Shown: in pieces, positions 26,931-34,545 of the stretch
Position numbering within the stretch: position 1 is the stretch's first letter
Layout: the number at the start of each line of letters is the position of its first letter
IMG/VR virus record: IMGVR_UViG_3300002854_000001
Coordinates: 6,398-70,397 of that record
Strand: one strand, 5' to 3'
DNA from: a virus
Length of the DNA stretch: 64,000 bases
Made by a program: the position numbers and the translations under genes
Notes under the pieces: generated by a model
Seen by the model: only the letters and a program-made list of their open reading frames with translations
What the model was told of the DNA's origin: nothing
The model's database searches: none

Positions 26931-27536
26931 GTGGATTCAGGGACTGCGGGTCTGCTCGGCGTTCTGCTCGGTTCCTCCATTGCGGCTGCAACCAAGTGGG
27001 TCGAGCATGCGGTGACCGCCAGGAGGGATGCGCGTTACCTCGCGACCGTGCTGTCCGTTCAGCTAGAGCGACTTGTAATTGCTTGCTCTGAAGTCGCTAT
27101 GGACGTCGGAGAGCTCGATGCGCATGGAAACATGTCTCCGCGCGTCCAGGCACCGGAACTGAGGCTTGAGTCAATCCAAGGAAATTGGCGCGCCTTGCCG
27201 GCAGAACTTATGCACGCGGTCCACCTGCTCCCCTACAAACTCGATCTTGCCTCAGCTGTCGCGAGCGCAGCATATGAGAACGATATGCCACCGGATTGGG
27301 ACGACTTCTACGAGTCTCGACAGTTGGAGTACGCGCGAGTCGGCTTGGAGGTTGACAGGGTCGCTAGCGCGCTTAGCCGCCACTTCAAATACTCGCGGCC
27401 GGGTTGGCCGGGTTGGAACCCCGTTGTGGCTCTCGAGGGCGTCGTAAGGGGGATCGAAGTTCAGCGCGAGGTGCGCGAAGCAGCGCTCCATGTGCCACGA
27501 GAGCACGCTCCAAGCCAGGCATTCCCGGTCCGCTGA
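26931..27536 (+). CDS. Accessory protein with N-terminal membrane anchor
   Basis: AAGGA RBS before GTG; TAGLLGVLLGSSIAAAT followed by a helical body. Confidence 0.7.
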   Translation: MDSGTAGLLGVLLGSSIAAATKWVEHAVTARRDARYLATVLSVQLERLVIACSEVAMDVGELDAHGNMSPRVQAPELRLESIQGNWRALPAELMHAVHLLPYKLDLASAVASAAYENDMPPDWDDFYESRQLEYARVGLEVDRVASALSRHFKYSRPGWPGWNPVVALEGVVRGIEVQREVREAALHVPREHAPSQAFPVR

Positions 27537-27541
27537 CCAGC

Positions 27542-27814
27542 GAATTGGCACTCCGCGCTGCAGTCGACTCGGCTAAGTAGTTGTCGCACAAGGGAAAGTG
27601 GTCAGAAATTGGGTCAGAAAAGTGGCACTCGGAGGATGCAAGTTGGAGGGGGGTACCCCCGGCTGTAGAGAAGTGAGGGAAAGTGGGGTTTTTCTTGAAA
27701 CTGCTCCAGAGAATTGGCACTCACCAAATCGTTCCCCGAAGGATAAAAACAGGTACTTTCTCAACTGTGACAACCACTTGCGATCGAAAAATGCTTGGCA
27801 AGGTGCCACTTTTT
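27542..27814. repeat. Non-coding region with short direct/inverted repeats and a GGGGGTACCCCC palindrome (candidate origin or packaging site)
   Basis: GAATTGGCACTC x2, AGGGAAAGTGG x2, GGTCAGAAA x2, AAAAGTGGCAC direct and inverted; AT-rich right part. Confidence 0.5.
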
Positions 27815-27835
27815 TCGAGCTCTTTTGCCTAGTTT

Positions 27836-28162
27836 TTAAGCACAGTCTCGTTCAGGCCAGGGCAGAAAGAGATAGGTCGGCACGGTCGAGAGGTCCAGCT
27901 TGGCCTTCCCGTGACCGTCACCGCGGGAAACTAGCAAGCCGTCCGGATGGCGCTTTGTGGCCAGCACAGATCGAGGCGGGTCGCCTGCCTCTTCATCTGT
28001 CATCCAGCCTGGACGGTTCCGCACCCAAAGTCGACACGCGCTGGCCAGCTCGGCAACCATGTTTTTGCTGCAGATGAAGAGGGCTGATTCGCCCGGCTGC
28101 AGCTTCGCCAACCTTGTCGGGTAGCCGAACATTTCAACCCAGTCAGCACGATTTCCACTCAT
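27836..28162 (-). CDS. Hypothetical protein
   Basis: GAGGA RBS; ATG overlaps the upstream TGA. Confidence 0.55.
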   Translation of the reverse strand: MSGNRADWVEMFGYPTRLAKLQPGESALFICSKNMVAELASACRLWVRNRPGWMTDEEAGDPPRSVLATKRHPDGLLVSRGDGHGKAKLDLSTVPTYLFLPWPERDCA

Positions 28163-28341
28163 CAAAGCCATCCTCGAATTCGGTTGCAAACAAGGGCGGC
28201 GAGTCTGCCCAGCGCAGAGCGGGGCGTCGATCCCGGGCTGAATGTCTCCCGGTACAGCCGCACCGACGGTACGTCGACTGCAGGGCGGGCGCGCGGCTTC
28301 ACGGCCACGTAGGCCAGTCCGCTGTCTCTCAGGTCACGCAT
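28162..28341 (-). CDS. 59-aa hypothetical protein
   Basis: AAGGA RBS; fills the gap with coupled ends. Confidence 0.4.
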   Translation of the reverse strand: MRDLRDSGLAYVAVKPRARPAVDVPSVRLYRETFSPGSTPRSALGRLAALVCNRIRGWL

Positions 28342-28600
28342 GCCGGCGTCTTCCTTTCTGCGCCTGCTCGGCCTTCAGCCGGGCAAGGTAGTCGAGAACA
28401 TGGCCGGGCGCGCCAACGTTGCCGTCGGGCTCGAATGGCCGGTCCTCGTCGTTGTTCGGATCGCCGTTCAGACCCAGCTGCCAGCGCAGGTCGAACAGCT
28501 CGATGCGCATCGACTCGATGAGCCGCGCGTCTTCGCGTCGTTGGTGCTCGAGGCGCGCGACCGCCGCCTCCAGCTGTGCTTTCGTTCTCGGTTTGGACAT
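28334..28600 (-). CDS. Hypothetical coiled-coil protein
   Basis: GGAG RBS; MSKPRTKAQLEAA. Confidence 0.6.
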   Translation of the reverse strand: MSKPRTKAQLEAAVARLEHQRREDARLIESMRIELFDLRWQLGLNGDPNNDEDRPFEPDGNVGAPGHVLDYLARLKAEQAQKGRRRHA

Positions 28601-28833
28601 GGCTCCGCCCCTGTGCCTGGTTGGCAGGCACTAACAAAAACTGTTGAATGGGTCGCCGACCCAGGGCCCTCGCCCGCTGCGCGGGCTCGGCCCCGCCAAT
28701 GTCATCGGCATAGCCGCCGGTGCCGTGCACCGTCTTCGGCACTGCCCACGTCACGAGCCCCGTCAACGACAACCCCGGCGCCGCTGCGCGCCGCCGGGTC
28801 GCCGCGCTGCGCGCGGCTCGTCAACGGCCCAGT

Positions 28834-29076
28834 TCAGAACGCCGATCGAGTTTCAATTCGGTACCGATTCGCATCGGCGTTGTCGGGGGCATGGCGCGCG
28901 ATCCACTTCGCCGCCACCACCATGGCCATCGGCATCGCCGCTGCGCGCCGACGCAAGGCATCGAGCCTGGCGCAGGCACGGGTCAGGGCGCCGAACGGGG
29001 CCTGGCCGCGGCCGACTGCGCGGCTCACGTCGGCGACGTCGTCCTCGGCCATGGCAATGGCCCTGTCAATGTCCAT
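28834..29076 (-). CDS. Hypothetical protein
   Basis: GAGGAG RBS before ATG 29076. Confidence 0.55.
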   Translation of the reverse strand: MDIDRAIAMAEDDVADVSRAVGRGQAPFGALTRACARLDALRRRAAAMPMAMVVAAKWIARHAPDNADANRYRIETRSAF

Positions 29077-29131
29077 GTCGCGCTCCTCGCCCTCGACGTT
29101 GTCGAGGACCAGCCCTTCGACGTTGTCGGGG

Positions 29132-29599
29132 TCACAGCGAGCCGCGCGCGATCGAGTCGAGCAGGGCCTCGCGGGTGTATCGGACCGTGCCGGCGGCACT
29201 GGTGAGCTTGTAGACAGTGGTCGACGTCCCATTGCGCCGGTCACTGCCTTGATGTGGGCTCGGGCCGCGAAGCTCGAGCTTGTACGTGCACCCGCCGATC
29301 GACAGCAGGCCCACCTTCAGCGCCTTGTCGAGGAACGCGCCTCGATCCCTGGCCTGGTCGTAGTCGGCGGGGCAGTGCCACGCCCCGTCATCGTTGATGC
29401 CATGGTCGTCGCCCTTGGCCTCGCGCAGCAGCCCCACGCGAGCGGCCAAGTAGCGACGACGTTCCTCTCCTGACAGTCGCTCGAGCTGATGCAAGACCCT
29501 GCGGTCAGCCGAGACCCAAACGCGGCGTGAGACGTCGAATTCCTCCCAGCGTGACGCCACATCGGCGACGCCCGCATCGTTTTGGGGTGGAGTTGCCAT
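29132..29599 (-). CDS. Hypothetical protein
   Basis: AGGAGG RBS before ATG 29599. Confidence 0.6.
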   Translation of the reverse strand: MATPPQNDAGVADVASRWEEFDVSRRVWVSADRRVLHQLERLSGEERRRYLAARVGLLREAKGDDHGINDDGAWHCPADYDQARDRGAFLDKALKVGLLSIGGCTYKLELRGPSPHQGSDRRNGTSTTVYKLTSAAGTVRYTREALLDSIARGSL

Positions 29600-29774
29600 C
29601 GACCCTCCTGTTCTCACGAAACCGCGTCGGTCGACCACCTCAAAGCCACTGCGCGGGCCCCCGTTGGGGTTCGCGACCTTGGCCTTGCCGGTGGCGGTCA
29701 GTAATCGGGGCATCTTCATGGCACGGCCATCTCAGGTGATCCCGGCGCCGGTCAGCGCCAGGGTTCAATCGCTC

Positions 29775-29794
29775 GGCTGTCTTGCAAGACAGCC
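29775..29794. promoter_or_regulatory. Perfect 20-bp palindrome (operator-like, copy 1)
   Basis: GGCTGTCTTGCAAGACAGCC. Confidence 0.6.
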
Positions 29795-29803
29795 CCGTTT
29801 TGC

Positions 29804-30574
29804 TTACTCGCCGTCGACGAGGTCGATCGAGGGCGCGTCCAGCATGAGGATCGCGAGCGCGGTCAGGTCGTTGGTCCCGAAAATGCGCTTGGCCTCCTCT
29901 GCGATCGTGCGCAGGGTCTCGAGCTCGGCGGCGTCCTGCGCTCGGGCATCGGCCAGGATCTGCGCGTCCTCGTCGGTCGTGCTGTCCGGGGTGGCGACGT
30001 CGTGCTCGGCTTCCTGCTCGAAACGCTCGGCGATGGCTTGAATCGCGACGCCGAACTGTTCGCGCCACTTCCCGACAGCGTTCTCGGCCACGCCGAGGAA
30101 CATGCATGCGGTCGTGAGCCGAGCGACGGCCTCGACGTTTTTCTGCGCGTCGAGTCGGCCGTCGACAAAGCAGGCCTCGGCAAGGGCCGAGAACGCGGCA
30201 TCGCCGCTTTCCTTGGCTTCGGCGACGCTGGCCCAATGGGGCAGGGTAGAAGCGTGGCCGTAGGCCGCTGCCATCTTCGCGATGGCGCCGCGCACGGTGG
30301 AGAGATTAGGCACGCGGCCGCCAGCGGCCCCGATAACGTCCTTGACGGGAGCCGCGACGGCCTCGATCGCCTCCTTGGAGACGACGCGCAGGACGGCGGA
30401 GGTCACGCTGCCCTTGATTGCATCGGCCGTGCCGGCGAGACGCTGGAGCGTGGCGCTTGCGTTGGCGGCGACAGCCGCGATGGTCGTGAGCGATGCTTCT
30501 GCAAGCATCGTCTTTGTGTCTGCGATGGTCTTTTGCGAGGGGGCGACAACCGCCGGGGTCTTTGCTGCTGACAT
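29804..30574 (-). CDS. First gene of the leftward early arm, Ala-rich hypothetical protein
   Basis: AAAGGA RBS before ATG 30574; 256 aa. Confidence 0.7.
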   Translation of the reverse strand: MSAAKTPAVVAPSQKTIADTKTMLAEASLTTIAAVAANASATLQRLAGTADAIKGSVTSAVLRVVSKEAIEAVAAPVKDVIGAAGGRVPNLSTVRGAIAKMAAAYGHASTLPHWASVAEAKESGDAAFSALAEACFVDGRLDAQKNVEAVARLTTACMFLGVAENAVGKWREQFGVAIQAIAERFEQEAEHDVATPDSTTDEDAQILADARAQDAAELETLRTIAEEAKRIFGTNDLTALAILMLDAPSIDLVDGE

Positions 30575-30594
30575 GGCGTCTTTCCTTTGCTGGG

Positions 30595-30612
30595 GCTGTC
30601 TTGCAAGACAGC
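30595..30612. promoter_or_regulatory. Perfect 18-bp palindrome (operator-like, copy 2)
   Basis: GCTGTCTTGCAAGACAGC, identical core to copy 1. Confidence 0.6.
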
Positions 30613-30762
30613 GGCGTGTGCGATTTGCACCAGGCAAAGCTCCGCCCTTGAGCCATGACAATGGCTTGATGCGCGGGGCCGCTACCGCGCATGGGTCTAT
30701 GCGGGCTGCCTGCGGCGCCCATGTCCTGCCGGGCCGCCTGGGAGAGTGCAATCACTCATCCG

Positions 30763-30838
30763 TTAGACATAGTTTAGCACGCATTAGACAGAAAAGCGCG
30801 GCCTCATTGTCGTCTAACGTAAATATTTTGCCGTCTAA
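30763..30838. promoter_or_regulatory. Symmetric operator array in the divergent AT-rich control region
   Basis: TTAGAC-N15-TTAGAC-N22-GTCTAA-N15-GTCTAA. Confidence 0.6.
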
Positions 30839-30852
30839 TTTTAATAAATCCG

Positions 30853-30881
30853 TTGACGGGTACACATTTCTGTGATAGACA
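30853..30881 (+). promoter_or_regulatory. Sigma70-like promoter for the repressor gene
   Basis: TTGACG-N17-TAGACA. Confidence 0.55.
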
Positions 30882-30962
30882 TCAGTGGCGCTGGCTCCAG
30901 GGCCATTTGACACGGAAAAAATAGTTGCAAACTTTTGTCCAATGCATGCGAATTTATGTATC

Positions 30963-31796
30963 ATGACGCGCATGAGCACATTGGACTTGACTCCCTACAT
31001 TGACGCTGTCCTAGAGCGTGGCGAGACAGTAAACAGCCAAGCCGAAGCGGCCAGCGCGCGAGCCCTTGAACTCGGGGGAACGCGCATCGACGCGACGCAA
31101 CTTCGGCGTCTGATTCATCGCGACCCTCGGTATGCCAAGGCAGTCGAAGCCGGTCTCGTCAAGCAGAAGCCGCGGCTCAATCCTGATCAACTGCGCACGG
31201 CCCCGCACGTGCTGGCAGTGGTGCAGGAAGGCCTGTCCCTAACTGACGCGGCGGTGAAATTCGGGATGTCTGAGGCAACCGTGAGCAACCACGTTCGCAA
31301 AGCCTTTCCGTCTCGAGCTCAGCGCCGAGGCCCGCTGGCGGGTGCTGAACAGGCGACGACGAGCGAGACCTCCAACGTTTCCCCCGCCCAGCCTCAAATG
31401 ACGCTCCTGCCGCTCATTTCCTGGGTCCGCGCCGGTGACTGGGACGTGGCCAACGATTACCTGCAGCCTGGCGACGCCGAAGGCTGGTATTACTGCCCGC
31501 GGCCGACCAGCCAAAGCTCCTACGTACTCAAGGTTCGCGGCGACAGCATGACCGCGCCGAGCGGCGCAAAGCGCAGCTACCCCGAGGGCAGCTTGATCTT
31601 TGTTGATCCAGAGAAGAGGGCGCCAGTCAACGGCGATCGCATCATCGCCAAGCTCGAGGGCAGTGATGAGGTCACCTTCAAGGTCTACAAGAACGAGGAT
31701 GGCCGGCAGTGGCTGATGCCCTTGAACCCGCTGCACGAACCGATTCGCGACTCGTTCAAGGTCATTGGCACCGTTATTGGCATGTGGATGGACTGA
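30963..31796 (+). CDS. cI: CI/LexA-like repressor (HTH plus S24 autopeptidase); start 30963 or 30972
   Basis: LSLTDAAVKFGMSEATVSNHVR HTH; LPLISWVRAG, LKVRGDSM (Ser), EVTFKVY (Lys), LMPLNP, VIGTV. Confidence 0.88.
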   Translation: MTRMSTLDLTPYIDAVLERGETVNSQAEAASARALELGGTRIDATQLRRLIHRDPRYAKAVEAGLVKQKPRLNPDQLRTAPHVLAVVQEGLSLTDAAVKFGMSEATVSNHVRKAFPSRAQRRGPLAGAEQATTSETSNVSPAQPQMTLLPLISWVRAGDWDVANDYLQPGDAEGWYYCPRPTSQSSYVLKVRGDSMTAPSGAKRSYPEGSLIFVDPEKRAPVNGDRIIAKLEGSDEVTFKVYKNEDGRQWLMPLNPLHEPIRDSFKVIGTVIGMWMD

Positions 31797-31798
31797 GC

Positions 31799-32218
31799 AT
31801 GAAGATTCTGAGACTTTGCACCGCCGGCATCGTGGTTGTCACCTTGACCGGCTGCGCGGCGGTCGCGACGGGCGAAATCACGTCAAGTACAAACATGACG
31901 ACTACCCCATCTAGGTTCCGTACGCTGATCGAGGGGCGATACCAGCCCGCCAAACAGGCGGAAATGGTCGACTGCGTAGACGATGCGATGACGAGCGGGG
32001 TTGAGACAATTCTGAATCTCCATGTTCGGCAGGCAAAGCGTGCAGACGGATATCGTGTCGACATCGTGTTTGGGTCGTCCCAGTATCTCGTCGCCAACGT
32101 GCGTGACTCGGGGCGATTCCAAGTGCTCAAATCGGACTACAACGGTGCTGTCAGATTCGACCGTCAAGAGGCGGCCCTAAGACAGTGCTTGGCCGAGTAC
32201 GGCGCGACTGAGAAGTAG
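31799..32218 (+). CDS. Lipoprotein co-transcribed with the repressor
   Basis: MKILRLCTAGIVVVTLTG-C lipobox. Confidence 0.75.
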   Translation: MKILRLCTAGIVVVTLTGCAAVATGEITSSTNMTTTPSRFRTLIEGRYQPAKQAEMVDCVDDAMTSGVETILNLHVRQAKRADGYRVDIVFGSSQYLVANVRDSGRFQVLKSDYNGAVRFDRQEAALRQCLAEYGATEK

Positions 32219-32220
32219 CG

Positions 32221-32247
32221 AAAAAGGGCCCCGAGCGGGCCCTTTTT
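32221..32247. terminator. Bidirectional rho-independent terminator
   Basis: AAAAAGGGCCC-CGAGC-GGGCCCTTTTT. Confidence 0.85.
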
Positions 32248-32262
32248 GCTGCCTGCAGAGGC

Positions 32263-32298
32263 GGGGGATTGCTCGCCAAGGGGGTGAGGCACTAATTT
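32263..32298 (+). promoter_or_regulatory. Candidate late promoter (terminase)
   Basis: GGGGGATTGC-N20-TAATTT. Confidence 0.45.
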
Positions 32299-32338
32299 CG
32301 AAGCCCAGAACAAGAAGAAGCCGCCTTGAGCGGACCGT

Positions 32339-32785
32339 ATGGGCCTTCCAGAACTTCCCCCGCAGTCGGGCGGGGGCCACAAACCGCCTCGCGCGGTCAC
32401 GCATTCGCTCCAGGTCGACCTTTCCGGCATGCCGGTGGACGAGCTGCTCGAGCTGCGCGCCCTCATCGACGAAAAACTGCCCGTCAAGGACCTCGCGGAC
32501 GTCGATCTGAACCGCGAACTGGTGCTGCAGATGCTTGCCACGCAGCGCCTGCAGTCGGACGTGCTAAAGGACGAGGACACTCCGGCCAATCAGCGCGCCC
32601 AGGTGGCCAACGCGGTGTCCGCCATCATCGCTCAGCTGGTGAAGCTGCAGACGGAGGTCTACACGAGCGAGCGGCTGAAGCGGATCGAGGGATACCTCAT
32701 CGAATCCCTTCACCAGCTGCCACTGCCGGCCCAGGCGAAGTTCCTGGAGCTGTATGAGGCAGGAGAGGGCAAGGCGCTGAAGTGA
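32339..32785 (+). CDS. Putative terminase small subunit
   Basis: Helical 148-aa protein directly upstream of and coupled to terL. Confidence 0.6.
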   Translation: MGLPELPPQSGGGHKPPRAVTHSLQVDLSGMPVDELLELRALIDEKLPVKDLADVDLNRELVLQMLATQRLQSDVLKDEDTPANQRAQVANAVSAIIAQLVKLQTEVYTSERLKRIEGYLIESLHQLPLPAQAKFLELYEAGEGKALK

Positions 32786-34497
32786 GCGACGAGCTCTGGA
32801 AGCGACACCTGCAGCGCATTCGGATGGCCACATCCGGAAAGCTGACGCGCCGTGACCTGGCGAAGTGGGTGGAGACCGAGACCTACATCAACGGCAAACT
32901 CTACAGCTTCCGCGACCATGAGTTTCAGGAGCGGATCCTCAGCGACGACTCGCAAGTCGTCGTGATCAGGAAATGCTCGCAGGTGGGGATGTCGGAGACC
33001 TCACTCCGGCTTGCGCTCGGGCTGGTGTCGATCATGCAGAACTTCAGCTTGATCTACGTCTTCCCGACCGCGTCGTTCTCGCAGATGTACGTCAAGACGC
33101 GGCTCAACCCGATCATCAACGGGAGCCCGTTTCTTCGGTCAGCGGTACGCAACAGCGACGGTGCGGATTCCGCCGAGGTCAAGCAACTGGGGCAGGGCGG
33201 CTTCCTGTACTTCCGCGGTGCTAGTTCCGACACGGCGGCTATCTCGGTGGCAGCGGACGCGATCATCTTCGACGAGTACAGCTTCGCCAATCAGGAAATC
33301 GCCGGCCAGTTCCAGTCGCGCTTGACGCACTCGCAGCACAAGCTGCGAACCTACCTTTCCACGCCGACCTATCCGGGCGATCCGATCGACGCCGCCTTCC
33401 AGGACAGTCGCCGGCACTGGAATTTCGTCAAGTGCCACCACTGCGGCCACCGGTTCTGTCCGAGCTACCTCGAACACGTCAAGATTCCCGGCTACGACGA
33501 CGAACTCAGAAGGATCACCAAAGCGATCCTCGCGAAGATTCGCTGGCAGGAAGCGGTGCTGCTGTGCCCGCACTGCGGGCGCGCGCCGAGCCTGCAGCCC
33601 GAGAACCGCGAGTGGGTTGTAGAAAACTCGTTGGAAAAGCACCTGGCTGCCGGGTACCAGGTGCAGCCCTTCGACGCGCCCAACGTGATCCCGACCTCGT
33701 ACCTGGTGCAGGCCAGCACCAGCTACGCGCGATGGGCTGACTTCGTCAATTTCAACCTGGGGTTGACAGCCGAAGACGCTGACTCGGGAATCACACCTCA
33801 GGACGTCGACGGCGCGCTGATCGAGATGGACTCGACGCCATTCGCGACGCACGTCATCGGCGCCGACATGGGACTGATCTGCCGACTGTTCGTGGCAGGA
33901 ATCACGCCGCTGGACGAGCTCATCATCGTGCACACCGAGCAGATCCCCATCGGTGACTTTCGCCGGCGCTACGGCGAGCTCTCGCGTCAGTACCGAGTCA
34001 CCTCGAAGGTGCTCGACGCGCAGCCCTACGTGGAGACGTTGCTGAACCTGCAGGCAACGGACCGAAACCTCTTCGCCGCCTACTTCGTCACGAAGAAGGG
34101 CATCGCCGTCTACGACACCGTGTCGCGCGAAGAGAACGAGAAGGAGGGCAAGACCGCCTTGCGGCAGATCTCGGTCAACAAGCATGCGGCGCTCGACGTG
34201 CTGCTTGAGGAGCTGCGCGCGGGCAAGATCAAGATCCGGAAGACGCAAGATCTGCCCGACATCAAGGCGCATCTGATCGCGTCCAAGCGATCGAAGAAGG
34301 TGACCGAGGACGGTCAGCTGTCGGTGTGGAACAAGCCAAGCAATGGCGACGACCACTTTCACTACGCGCTGCTCTACACCTGGCTGGCGGCGCAGATCCG
34401 TGTTGCCGCCGCTCGCGGCTTCGGCATGCCCCCGATGGTGGGGAAATTCAAGCTGACGGGACCGGCGAAGGCGAAGCAGGGTACCGGCATGGGTTGA
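32782..34497 (+). CDS. terL: Terminase large subunit (GpA-like)
   Basis: RKCSQVGMSE, IIFDEY, STPT, CHHC/CPHC, IGADMG, DDHFHYA. Confidence 0.9.
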   Translation: MSDELWKRHLQRIRMATSGKLTRRDLAKWVETETYINGKLYSFRDHEFQERILSDDSQVVVIRKCSQVGMSETSLRLALGLVSIMQNFSLIYVFPTASFSQMYVKTRLNPIINGSPFLRSAVRNSDGADSAEVKQLGQGGFLYFRGASSDTAAISVAADAIIFDEYSFANQEIAGQFQSRLTHSQHKLRTYLSTPTYPGDPIDAAFQDSRRHWNFVKCHHCGHRFCPSYLEHVKIPGYDDELRRITKAILAKIRWQEAVLLCPHCGRAPSLQPENREWVVENSLEKHLAAGYQVQPFDAPNVIPTSYLVQASTSYARWADFVNFNLGLTAEDADSGITPQDVDGALIEMDSTPFATHVIGADMGLICRLFVAGITPLDELIIVHTEQIPIGDFRRRYGELSRQYRVTSKVLDAQPYVETLLNLQATDRNLFAAYFVTKKGIAVYDTVSREENEKEGKTALRQISVNKHAALDVLLEELRAGKIKIRKTQDLPDIKAHLIASKRSKKVTEDGQLSVWNKPSNGDDHFHYALLYTWLAAQIRVAAARGFGMPPMVGKFKLTGPAKAKQGTGMG

Positions 34498-34503
34498 TGC
34501 ACT

Positions 34504-34541
34504 GGGGGATTCCTTTCCACGGACCCGACCTCCAGTCTGCC
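34504..34541 (+). promoter_or_regulatory. Candidate late promoter (portal)
   Basis: GGGGGATTCC-N19-CAGTCTGCC. Confidence 0.55.
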
Positions 34542-34545
34542 GCCC

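Larger units (their letters stand above)
2359..29131 (-). repeat. Dispersed polar 13-bp motif CCCCGACAACGNC (plus strand GNCGTTGTCGGGG), 14 copies
   Basis: Plus-strand starts: 2359, 5235, 8811, 15388, 16634, 19467, 19556, 20229, 21646 (GAT variant), 22820, 26028, 26834, 28876, 29119. Confidence 0.8.

Noticed and set aside
27545-27812. TGGCAC repeats as sigma54 promoters
   Set aside because: None has GC at the required -12 spacing; treated as protein-binding repeats instead.
2359-29131. 13-bp motif as a CRISPR or tandem repeat array
   Set aside because: Copies are short, irregularly dispersed over 27 kb, and have no spacer structure or cas genes.
30752-30979. 75-aa minus-strand ORF as a cro gene
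   Set aside because: Lies across the AT-rich operator/promoter region, with no HTH and no RBS.
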